DNA from: an uncultured Bacteroidales bacterium
GTDB taxonomy: Bacteria; Bacteroidota; Bacteroidia; Bacteroidales; UBA10428
Assembly: GCA_964618645.1 (NCBI GenBank)
Contig: CAZUBW010000011.1
Span: forward strand, 2,367-66,366
Length of the DNA stretch: 64,000 nucleotides
Direction: 5' to 3'
Positions 55,248 through 62,599 of the stretch are shown piece by piece. The notes below the pieces were generated by a model that was given only the letters and a program-made list of their open reading frames with translations, did not search any database and was not told the DNA's origin. The position numbers and the translations under genes were made by a program. Every line of letters begins with the position of its first letter. Positions within the stretch are counted from its first letter, which is position 1.

Positions 55248-55937
55248 CTATCCGTTTTCTTTAAGGTGTTGACCGTCAATAAAAGTCTTTTCAATCAAAG
55301 ATGCATTCCGGATGGATTTTCTGAGCCATTCGAGTTTCAGTTCCTGCTTTTCTTCGTCGGTCAGCTGCCATTGGATGTCAGGTATCCGGTGGAGCCTGTT
55401 GGTCAAAAAGTGGATGCACAGGGCAGCGGTGACCGATATGTTGAAGCTTTCGGTAAAACCAACCATGGGAATGGTCAGGAATTCGTCGGCCATTTCAAGG
55501 GCCTGTTGTGAAAGACCTTTCAGTTCCGAGCCGAATAAAAGGGCGGTCTTACCTTTTTGCAGGTCGAATTGTTCGGGACTGCATTCTTTTTTATGGGGTG
55601 AAGTGGCAACAATGCGGTACCCGTTTTTTTTAAGCTGATGAATAGTGTCGGCGGTATTGTTGGCATGCAGGTTATGCCGGTATAGGGTGAGCCATTTATC
55701 GGAGCCCAGGGTAATATCGGGACTCAGGCGGTATTCGTGCTGGTTTTCGATGATATGGATATCCTGGATGCCAAATCCTTCGCATGAGCGAAGCACGGCG
55801 CTGGCGTTGTGAGGCTGGTAAAGATCTTCGAGAACAATGGTAATATAACGGGTACGTAGGTTTAATACCGTGTCAAAGAGTTGAACGCGACGTTCGGTAA
55901 CAAATTGTGACAGGTATTCGATGCGTTGGTTGATCAT
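55248..55937 (-). CDS. trmH: SpoU/TrmH-family tRNA/rRNA 2'-O-methyltransferase
   Basis: 229 aa. VLEDLYQPHNASAVLRSCEGFGIQDIHII, ALLFGSELKGLS and IPMVGFTESFNISVTAA are the three SpoU motifs. Confidence 0.85.
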   Translation of the reverse strand: MINQRIEYLSQFVTERRVQLFDTVLNLRTRYITIVLEDLYQPHNASAVLRSCEGFGIQDIHIIENQHEYRLSPDITLGSDKWLTLYRHNLHANNTADTIHQLKKNGYRIVATSPHKKECSPEQFDLQKGKTALLFGSELKGLSQQALEMADEFLTIPMVGFTESFNISVTAALCIHFLTNRLHRIPDIQWQLTDEEKQELKLEWLRKSIRNASLIEKTFIDGQHLKENG

Positions 55938-55994
55938 GGGTAGTCAAAAAAAAAGGGAGCAGCAATTGCTCCCTTTAATAGTTTTTCGGCACCA

Positions 55995-56267
55995 TTATTT
56001 TACAACATTGGCCAAATCGCTACCAGCTTTGAATTTAACAACTTTCTTAGCGGGAATTTTGATTTCCTTGCCAGTCTGAGGATTCCTACCGGTTCTAGCA
56101 CTTCTCTTTGAAACAGAGAATGAGCCAAAGCCTACGAGGGCAACACGGTCACCTTTTTTCAGCGCCTGAGTGGTAGCTTTGATGAAGGCATCGAGAGCTT
56201 TTTTGCCGTCAGCTTTGGTAAGACCTGCATTAGCAGCGATGGCGTCGATTAATTGTGCTTTGTTCAT
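55995..56267 (-). CDS. HU-family DNA-binding protein
   Basis: 90 aa. [85 protein letters not shown] is canonical HU. Confidence 0.95.
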   Translation of the reverse strand: MNKAQLIDAIAANAGLTKADGKKALDAFIKATTQALKKGDRVALVGFGSFSVSKRSARTGRNPQTGKEIKIPAKKVVKFKAGSDLANVVK

Positions 56268-56312
56268 AACAAAAATTTTTGAGGGTTAGTAAATTTTCAA
56301 AATTTCCTTATA

Positions 56313-56320
56313 CAAATATA
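56313..56320 (-). promoter_or_regulatory. Candidate -7 box (TATATTTG) for HU gene
   Basis: The reverse complement of caaatata lies 46-53 nt upstream of the ATG at 56267. Confidence 0.45.
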
Positions 56321-56613
56321 TAGCAATTTTCAAGCGATGCAAATTCTGAACAATAAAATTTTGCAACTGTTTGCGAGAAATTGTTAATAACCATGTCCGT
56401 TTTTAGTGAATTTTCAGACGAAAATCTAAATCATAAGTTTAAATAAAAACATTTAAAAAACATATATACAGTATTATATGATATATTTCATTTTCGTGCT
56501 TCTAAAAGGTAGAATCTGGGCGGTAAAGCTAAAAATTGTTGAAATATTTTTCAGTGTTAGCAGGGTAAAGAAACAAATTTGCTAAAAATGGTGGGGATAA
56601 CTTAAAAAAGTTA

Positions 56614-56621
56614 TAATTTTG
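56614..56621 (+). promoter_or_regulatory. Candidate -7 box (TAATTTTG) for tRNA-Ser
   Basis: taattttg fits TAnnTTTG and ends 8 nt before tRNA position 1. Confidence 0.5.
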
Positions 56622-56629
56622 CGGCCCAC

Positions 56630-56718
56630 GGAGGAATGGCAGAGCGGTCGAATGCGGCGGTCTTGAAAACCGTTGTCCGCCTTACGGTGGACCAGGGGTT
56701 CGAATCCCTTTTCCTCCG
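56630..56718 (+). tRNA. tRNA-Ser(UGA): tRNA-Ser (anticodon UGA), type-2 with long variable arm
   Basis: Hand fold: acceptor GGAGGAA/TTCCTCC; 3-bp D stem; anticodon stem GCGGT/ACCGT with loop CTTGAAA (T33, TGA, A37); ~20-nt variable arm (TGTCCGCCTTACGGTGGACC); T arm AGGGG-TTCGAAT-CCCTT; discriminator G. CCA is not encoded. Confidence 0.9.
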
Positions 56719-56862
56719 CAAAAGAATGAAAAGCAACGCCCGGGCCCTGCCCGGGTTTTAAATTTTAAGGGGGCCCGGCTCAAGCTTGCTTGAAGCCCGG
56801 CCCCCTTAAAATTTAAAAAACCTCAAAGCGCAGCTTTGAGGCGTTGCTATTCATTCTTTTGC
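56718..56862. repeat. 145-nt multi-hairpin palindromic element abutting the tRNA-Ser 3' end
   Basis: A 23-bp outer stem, gcaaaagaatgaaaagcaacgcc (56718-40) with ggcgttgctattcattcttttgc (56840-62), has one mismatch. It encloses three hairpins: cccggg..cccggg; a ~20-bp stem ttttaaattttaagggggcc.. (56756-56819); and cctcaaagc-gca-gctttgagg. Confidence 0.8.
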
Positions 56863-57198
56863 AGGGAGCCCCCTCCGGGGATCACGAGCGCAGCGAGTAA
56901 TCCCAGGTAGCCCCCTCCGAGGATCACCGCAGGTAATCCCGGAGGGGGGGAGATACTGGATACTAAATACTGGATGTGTGGGTGTGGCGTATTTGCGTGT
57001 GGGGGATGACCGGGATCACAGCCTGTCACCGTCCTGGCGGGAAGCGCGGCGAGTAACACCTCACCCCCTTCCCCTCTCCTAAAGGCGCGGGGCGATAATC
57101 CGTGCGAAATGTTCAGGGTGTCAATTTTTCCAGGCCTCCGCCAGGATTAATTTACAACTTAGCCTGAAAGTAACGATTTATTAAGAACCACCTGCATT

Positions 57199-57256
57199 GG
57201 CAGTCGCAGACTGCAAAACCAAAGAAGCGAAATTGCAAATTTCGCTTAGCAAAGGG
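57199..57256. repeat. 58-nt repeat motif, copy 1
   Basis: ggcagtcgcagactgcaaaaccaaagaagcgaaattgcaaatttcgcttagcaaaggg matches 63933-63990 at 48/58 by my count. Contains hairpins gcagtc-gca-gactgc and gcgaaat-tgca-aatttcgc. Confidence 0.7.
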
Positions 57257-57277
57257 TTCACGATCAAACAAAAAAAA

Positions 57278-57408
57278 GAGGCTGTCTAAGAAATCAATTT
57301 GTTAGGCGTAGTAGCAAACTACGCCTAGCGCATTGTGCTGAATGTCAGCTTTGGATGCTAAGCGTAGTCTCCAGACTACGCTCTTTTTTTGACTTTTTAC
57401 ACAGCCTC
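57278..57408. repeat. TIR element copy 3 (subfamily A), MITE/REP-like
   Basis: gaggctgtctaagaaatc ... gactttttacacagcctc. Same two internal hairpins as copy 2, in the opposite orientation. Ends 26 nt downstream of the fasciclin gene stop (57434, minus strand). Confidence 0.85.
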
Positions 57409-57433
57409 TTTCAAAGTATGGTCTTGCAAAATC

Positions 57434-58366
57434 TTATTTTGCGGGAGGCAACAACACCTTGTCAATTACATGCACAACCCCGTTGGAGCCTTGCACGTCG
57501 GCTAGAACTACCTGTGTTGATCCGTTAATGGTAACTGCACTGCCAACATTTACTGCAATATCGCCATTGAGGGTTGCTACATTGCCGGTGCTAAGTTCAC
57601 CCGACATAACATTACCGCTTACCACATGGTATAAAAGAATCGGGGTAAGTTGTTCCTTGGTCAGGTCAGCAATGCCATCTACGCCCAGGTCAGCAAACAG
57701 TTGCTGGAATGCTGCATCGGTCGGTGCAAATACGGTAAAGGAACCGGCACCACTCAGCGTTTCTACCAGTTCAGCCTTTACCACAGCCTGAACCAGAATG
57801 CTGAACGAAGGGTTGTTTATGGCCAGGTCAACTATAGTTGGCGGAAGCAATACTTTGTCAATGATGTGAATAACGCCATTACTGGCCGATACGTCAGCCG
57901 TTGTTACCCTGGCTGAGTTGTTCAGCATTACCTCGCCGGTTTTTACCTGCAGCGAAATACTTGATTCTTGGGGACCTTCACTAAGCGTCGCTACATATCC
58001 ATCAGTGAGTTGAGACGATAATACCTTACCGCTGACCACATGGTACAGCAATATAGGCTTCAGGGCTTCTGCCGAAAGATCATCCAGGCTCTCTACACCA
58101 AGATCTTCCAGCAATGCGGCAAATGCCTCATTGGTCGGGGCAAATACGGTAAACGGGCCATTGCCTTCCAGGGCTCCAACCAGGTCAGCTTTCGTGAGTG
58201 CTTCAACCAGTATGGAAAATGAACTGTTCGCAGCGGCAATCTCCACGATGCTTTGCATTTCTTCCATCTGATCATTGTCATCATCCTTACTGCATGCCGA
58301 GAATGTGAATAATCCTATTAAGCTCAAAGCCAATATGGATTTCAAAGGTTTTCTATGGTTTTTCAT
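57434..58366 (-). CDS. Fasciclin (FAS1) domain lipoprotein, two FAS1 repeats
   Basis: 310 aa with a lipobox (LFTFSAC). Two copies of the FAS1 pattern (FTVFAPTNEAF..LLYHVVSGKV..NGVIHIIDKVLLPP and FTVFAPTDAAF..LLYHVVSGNV..NGVVHVIDKVLLPP). Confidence 0.9.
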   Translation of the reverse strand: MKNHRKPLKSILALSLIGLFTFSACSKDDDNDQMEEMQSIVEIAAANSSFSILVEALTKADLVGALEGNGPFTVFAPTNEAFAALLEDLGVESLDDLSAEALKPILLYHVVSGKVLSSQLTDGYVATLSEGPQESSISLQVKTGEVMLNNSARVTTADVSASNGVIHIIDKVLLPPTIVDLAINNPSFSILVQAVVKAELVETLSGAGSFTVFAPTDAAFQQLFADLGVDGIADLTKEQLTPILLYHVVSGNVMSGELSTGNVATLNGDIAVNVGSAVTINGSTQVVLADVQGSNGVVHVIDKVLLPPAK

Positions 58367-58512
58367 TGTATTTTGTTTAAGTTATTTTATACAGTAACAG
58401 CATGAAATGAAAAATGTTTAACAAAAAGATATATAAATTAAACAAAATAATTCAAATCCGCGTTCATCGCCGACTCTGCCTGCAGTTCGTCCCCTGCCTG
58501 ATCGGAAGGCAG

Positions 58513-58560
58513 GTCTTGGTTCTTGGCTCTTGGCTCTTGGTTCTTGGCTCTTGTCTCTTG
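58513..58560. repeat. Heptanucleotide tandem repeat (YTCTTGG)x7
   Basis: gtcttgg ttcttgg ctcttgg ctcttgg ttcttgg ctcttgt ctcttg lies in the divergent intergenic region between the fasciclin gene and the GH16 gene. Confidence 0.85.
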
Positions 58561-58617
58561 AAAAAACCTTACCTTTATCTGCCTTTATGAAAAGATGACC
58601 AACTAACATTCCTTACC

Positions 58618-59406
58618 ATGAAACACATTCTATTGCTATTCTTCTTATTCCCGCTTTTTGCCTTTTCACAGAACGACCCGGCGGTCAGTGCAAAAAAGCT
58701 TTTGTGGGCCGATGAGTTTGATTACACAGGTCTTCCCGATCCTGCAAAATGGGGATACGAAGAAGGACTGATCCGGAACCGTGAAGCCCAGTATTATACC
58801 CGGGAACGGTTAAAGAATGCCCGGGTTGCAGATGGCATACTGACCATTACCGCTCACAAGGAAGACTTTGAAGGGGCTGGTTATACCTCGGCAAGCATCA
58901 ATACCAGGGGTTTATTTGAGTTTACTTACGGAAGGATAGAGGTAAGGGCCAAGCTGCCCGAAGGTAGGGGAACCTGGCCGGCCATATGGACGCTCGGAAC
59001 CAATATTAGTGAGGTGGGCTGGCCCGCGTGTGGTGAAATCGACATCATGGAATTTGTGGGTTATGAACCCGGCATCGTATATGCAAACGTGCACACGGGG
59101 GATTATAATCACGCAAAAGGCACGGGCAGGGGAGGAAGTATCACAACTGACAAGCCGTTTGCAGATTTTCACGTTTATGCAGTGGAATGGTATGCCGATC
59201 GGATGGACTTTTATATGGATGACAACAAGTATTACACCTGTCCGCGGAAAAACGAGGGAATTGGAGAGTGGCCTTTTTTTGCGCCCCAGTATTTGCTCAT
59301 CAACCTGGCCATTGGTGGCGCATGGGGAGGGACAAAAGGCATTGACGACACCATTTTCCCGGTAAGCTATCAGATCGATTACGTAAGGATTTATTCACTG
59401 GAATAA
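58618..59406 (+). CDS. Glycoside hydrolase family 16 (laminarinase/beta-glucanase-like)
   Basis: 262 aa with a signal peptide. Catalytic EIDIME motif (GEIDIMEF) with upstream WPAIWTLG and downstream HVYAVEW. Classic GH16 beta-jelly-roll signatures. Confidence 0.9.
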   Translation: MKHILLLFFLFPLFAFSQNDPAVSAKKLLWADEFDYTGLPDPAKWGYEEGLIRNREAQYYTRERLKNARVADGILTITAHKEDFEGAGYTSASINTRGLFEFTYGRIEVRAKLPEGRGTWPAIWTLGTNISEVGWPACGEIDIMEFVGYEPGIVYANVHTGDYNHAKGTGRGGSITTDKPFADFHVYAVEWYADRMDFYMDDNKYYTCPRKNEGIGEWPFFAPQYLLINLAIGGAWGGTKGIDDTIFPVSYQIDYVRIYSLE

Positions 59407-59415
59407 AAGCCGGAT

Positions 59416-59577
59416 GAGGCTGTGTAAAAAGTCCGATAATCGACGCCGTCATTGCGAACGAAGTGAAGCAATCCATTAATATACAGATAGATTAACTTCG
59501 TTGAGCTCCGCTTCGCTCCGGTTGCTTCGGTCGTACCTCCCTCGCAATGACGGGGGAGCGACTTTTTACACAGCCTC
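59416..59577. repeat. TIR element copy 4 (subfamily B), MITE/REP-like
   Basis: gaggctgtgtaaaaagtc ... gactttttacacagcctc gives perfect 18-bp termini. There is an internal long inverted repeat (ccgtcattgcga...tcgcaatgacgg). Starts 10 nt after the GH16 stop. Confidence 0.85.
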
Positions 59578-59689
59578 ATTATTCAAGGCTTCGGCCTGGA
59601 TTCATTTATAACCCTGCCTGCGCTTTGCCTGGCAGGTATTTTTTTATCTAAAAAAATCCTATTTTTATTTCAATAATTACGGTTTAACC

Positions 59690-60184
59690 ATGGACGAAGA
59701 AAACGATATTGAACCAAGAGACCTTCCGATTTACAAAAAGGGTATTGAAATATACGACCTGGTAAGGAAAATAGGTGAGCTGATCCCCGAGGATAATGAA
59801 CATCTGCAGCTTTTAAGGGGACAAATGCTGGCAGATGCGGCCGTTTTATCTTCCAAGGTTGTTGGGGCTACCACAGGCGGGTTGTATGATATAAAAATGG
59901 AAGCCGCCACCTTTATCCGCAGGGCGGCGCATGACCTGATGGTCAGTTATCATTCCTTGAAGATGATGGATTTTAAGGAAGCAGATTATTACCTGATGGT
60001 ACGCAGCCTGATCGAAGAATACCGGTTGTTGTTCATCGATTGGGTGACTGGTTTCGACAAATGGAATTACGTCATTGATCGCTGGGGTCTCTTTAACCCT
60101 CCCGGTGTGGGACCCTTCGACAAAGACCCCGATGAAGACATTCCCTGGGATAACCCGTTTGATGATGGGGATGATGATTCGTAA
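59690..60184 (+). CDS. Four-helix-bundle protein (23S rRNA IVS-protein-like) with acidic tail
   Basis: 164 aa. LPIYKKGIEIYDLVRKIGELIPEDNEHLQLLRGQMLADAAVLSSKVVGA resembles the N-terminal helices of the four-helix-bundle family. The C-terminus is Asp-rich (DNPFDDGDDDS). Confidence 0.5.
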   Translation: MDEENDIEPRDLPIYKKGIEIYDLVRKIGELIPEDNEHLQLLRGQMLADAAVLSSKVVGATTGGLYDIKMEAATFIRRAAHDLMVSYHSLKMMDFKEADYYLMVRSLIEEYRLLFIDWVTGFDKWNYVIDRWGLFNPPGVGPFDKDPDEDIPWDNPFDDGDDDS

Positions 60185-60263
60185 AACCGCGATATATCGT
60201 TGAGACGCGATATATCGTTGAACCGTGATGCATCGCGTCTCTACAACGCGTTCCAGAAATTCC

Positions 60264-60311
60264 CCTCAAAACATCAAATGCACCTTCTCCTTGTTTCGCC
60301 ACACGGCCTGG
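60264..60311. repeat. 48-bp direct repeat, left copy (orphan 3' end of the 61243..61584 gene)
   Basis: cctcaaaacatcaaatgcaccttctccttgtttcgccacacggcctgg matches 61241-61288 at 47/48. On the minus strand it encodes ..WRNKEKVHLMF*. Confidence 0.9.
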
Positions 60312-60494
60312 AATCTGAATAGATGTGGTTATCCAGAGGTGCGATTTATAGCGCCTCTGGATAATCATTATTGGATAAATTCCAAATAACATCTAAATAT
60401 TATTTGTACCTTAGTAATCATATTAGCTTGTTAGTGGGTAAGTTAAAATCGTGCCACTTGATAAATAATCTACCAAAAGTAAATTCCTCAAACA

Positions 60495-61235
60495 ATGAAA
60501 ACAAAACTATTCCTGTTCGGATTAGCGAGCTTGGTTTTTCTTCAAAGTTGTGAGAAAGATGATAAACATGACGCAAAACTTAAACGAATTCTGGTGTGTT
60601 GGTCTCTTAGTGCTCAAATACCTGCAAGAAGTATGGAATATGAGTACGATAATCAAGATAGAATTTCTAAAATTACCACCAACGTTCATGATGAGAATGG
60701 AGATATTCTAAGAATGATCCAGTATGATTGTTATGTGTATAATTCAAAAGGACAATTAGAGAAGATTGCTGTTTATAATGAAAGCTATGAGGGATTTAGT
60801 AATTGGAAGAGTTATATTTACACATATTCTGACAATGGATTAAAAATTAGAGAATTTGATACAAGCGAGAAGATGTATTCAGTGTTTAATTATTCTGATA
60901 ATCAACTGATGAAAGTTGAGTATTATGATAGTATTGATATTGATGGTAATACAGATGTATTGATGTATTATATTACATATGAGTATAATAATAAAAAAGA
61001 GTTGGTTAAAGAAATACAGTATTTACGGGATGATTCGGAATTCTTCGTTACGGATTATACCTATGAAAATGGACTTAACACATTAATAGAGAAATATTTA
61101 CATGGGGAGATATGGCAAGAAGTAAAAAAAACATATGACTCCAATGGTTATCTGATTTATGCTGAAACGACTAATTCGGGGGCGAGTTCATTGGGAGATT
61201 ATTGGGTAGAGATATATGAATATGATGATGATTAA
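60495..61235 (+). CDS. Hypothetical lipoprotein (AT-rich cassette 2)
   Basis: 246 aa with a lipobox (LVFLQSC). Tyr/Asp/Asn-rich with recurring Y.Y(D/E)N motifs (YEYDNQD, YTYSDNG, YEYNNKK, YTYENG). No family recognised. Visibly lower GC than the flanks. Confidence 0.55.
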   Translation: MKTKLFLFGLASLVFLQSCEKDDKHDAKLKRILVCWSLSAQIPARSMEYEYDNQDRISKITTNVHDENGDILRMIQYDCYVYNSKGQLEKIAVYNESYEGFSNWKSYIYTYSDNGLKIREFDTSEKMYSVFNYSDNQLMKVEYYDSIDIDGNTDVLMYYITYEYNNKKELVKEIQYLRDDSEFFVTDYTYENGLNTLIEKYLHGEIWQEVKKTYDSNGYLIYAETTNSGASSLGDYWVEIYEYDDD

Positions 61236-61240
61236 CCTGC

Positions 61241-61288
61241 CCTCAAAACATCAAATGCACCTTCTCCTTGTTTCGCCACCCGGCCTGG
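61241..61288. repeat. 48-bp direct repeat, right copy (true 3' end of the tandem-repeat protein gene)
   Basis: See the left copy at 60264-60311. The copies are 977 bp apart and bracket the AT-rich lipoprotein ORF. Confidence 0.9.
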
Positions 61289-61584
61289 TTTTCGTAATCG
61301 ACAAAGAAGATCTTTAAATCGGCCTGGTTCTCATAATCCACAAAGAAAATGGTCTTATCGGCCTGGTTTTCATATTGGGTGAAAAACCATTTGCCGTCGT
61401 TTTCGCCCGCCTGCTTTTCGTATTTTACCTTATAAACCTTCAGGTCAGCCTGGTTCTCATATTTCACCACAAAAACCTTCACATCCGCCTGGTTTTGGTA
61501 GTTGACCGAATAAACCTTCTGGGCAGCGGCCATGGCAAAGCCAGATAGCAAAATCAATAGCGTCAGTATCCTGTGCATGTACAT
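61243..61584 (-). CDS. Small secreted protein built from ~13-aa YENQAD(L)K repeats
   Basis: 113 aa with a signal peptide (ILTLLILLSGFAMAAAQ). Five tandem units (VNYQNQADVKVFV / VKYENQADLKVYK / TQYENQADKTIFF / VDYENQADLKIFF / VDYENQAGW). Confidence 0.7.
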   Translation of the reverse strand: MYMHRILTLLILLSGFAMAAAQKVYSVNYQNQADVKVFVVKYENQADLKVYKVKYEKQAGENDGKWFFTQYENQADKTIFFVDYENQADLKIFFVDYENQAGWRNKEKVHLMF

Positions 61585-61737
61585 GGCGAAATGGGTTTTA
61601 ACAAATTATGTTATATTATCCTCAAACAATGTACCAAACTATTAGCTAAAAGTCAATAGCCGATAGCCAGGATAGGGACGAGTAGCAGTATATGCTGTGT
61701 AATAAAATAACACAATCATTTGTATTATAATCCAACA

Positions 61738-61757
61738 TTGTATATCTTTGCATACAA
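61738..61757 (+). promoter_or_regulatory. Candidate promoter/operator of the TA operon
   Basis: Inverted repeat ttgtat-N8-atacaa overlaps a TATCTTTG -7 box (61743-61750), 22 nt upstream of the XRE-Panacea ATG. An extra ttgtat half-site sits at 61720-61725. Confidence 0.4.
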
Positions 61758-61772
61758 ACTCAACCGAAGCAT

Positions 61773-62579
61773 ATGAATATAAAACCATCCCGGAAAGAGC
61801 TGGGAACCAGGATAGCAGAGCTTAGAAAATCCAAGGGGTTATCCCAGGAGGATTTGGCCAGGTTATTGAATATGCCAAGGCCTTCACTTGCTCAAATTGA
61901 ACTGGGAAAGAGAAACATTTCCGTCATGGAGCTGATTGGGATCTCGAATGCACTCAAAATCTCTTATGAGAAGCTGTTGGCAAGGGACGTCAGAAAAACT
62001 GCCGAAGAAACGAAGCTGACTGAAAAGTTTGAAAATGAGCTGCCTGATATTCGTATTTCGAACCCTGAACTGAATATTGAGAAGTTTAAACAGGTCCTTC
62101 TTTATATTCTTGAAAGAACTGCCGGAAAACCCAATGTAGGAGAAACAGTTCTGTACAAATTGCTTTACTTCTGCGATTTTAACTGTTATGAGCTCTATGA
62201 AGCACATCTGACAGGAGCAGCATATCGAAAACTTCCTTATGGCCCCGTACCCCAGCAGCTGGATAGTGTATTGAATCAGATGTTAGCGAACAAGCAGATT
62301 CAAAGAATGAAAACCGATTTCCACGGTTATCCGCAGACACGGTATCTCCCCCTGGTAAAGCCGGATTTAACAAGAATCTCAGGTGCGGAAAAACAGGTTA
62401 TTGATCAGGTAATTGAGCGTTTCTCAGATTGGTCCGCTTCCGGGATCAGCGATTTTTCGCATAATGACATGCCCTGGAAAGCTTCCGGGGATGGCGAAGC
62501 GATAGATTATGAATTGGCATTTTATCGTGAACCTCCTTATAGCGTAAGAACTTATGAAAACAACGAGGAGCTTCCATAA
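61773..62579 (+). CDS. XRE-family HTH fused to Panacea (DUF4065/SocA-like) domain, putative antitoxin
   Basis: 268 aa. N-terminal HTH_3 (LGTRIAELRKSKGLSQEDLARLLNMPRPSLAQIELGKRNISVMELIGISNAL). C-terminal KFKQVLLYILERTAGKPNVGETVLYKLLYFCDFNCYELYEAHLTGAAYRKLPYGPVP is the DUF4065 signature. Confidence 0.8.
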   Translation: MNIKPSRKELGTRIAELRKSKGLSQEDLARLLNMPRPSLAQIELGKRNISVMELIGISNALKISYEKLLARDVRKTAEETKLTEKFENELPDIRISNPELNIEKFKQVLLYILERTAGKPNVGETVLYKLLYFCDFNCYELYEAHLTGAAYRKLPYGPVPQQLDSVLNQMLANKQIQRMKTDFHGYPQTRYLPLVKPDLTRISGAEKQVIDQVIERFSDWSASGISDFSHNDMPWKASGDGEAIDYELAFYREPPYSVRTYENNEELP

Positions 62580-62599
62580 ACAATTAATGTTAATGCAAT

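Noticed and set aside
56847-57059. 70-aa ORF in the GC-rich patch after tRNA-Ser
   Set aside because: It lies wholly inside degenerate repeats and has a Pro/Gly-rich low-complexity product with no start context.
36446-59577. Whether the repeated 131-162-bp elements could be a CRISPR array or part of one
   Set aside because: The copies are dispersed over more than 40 kb, are each internally palindromic, lie in different orientations, and are not separated by regular short spacers. No cas genes are present.
59391-59579. 62-aa ORF (MRLCKKSLPRHCEGG...), and likewise 42426..42662
   Set aside because: They are reading frames generated by the TIR/nested-hairpin repeat elements. The same kind of pseudo-peptide arises from every copy.
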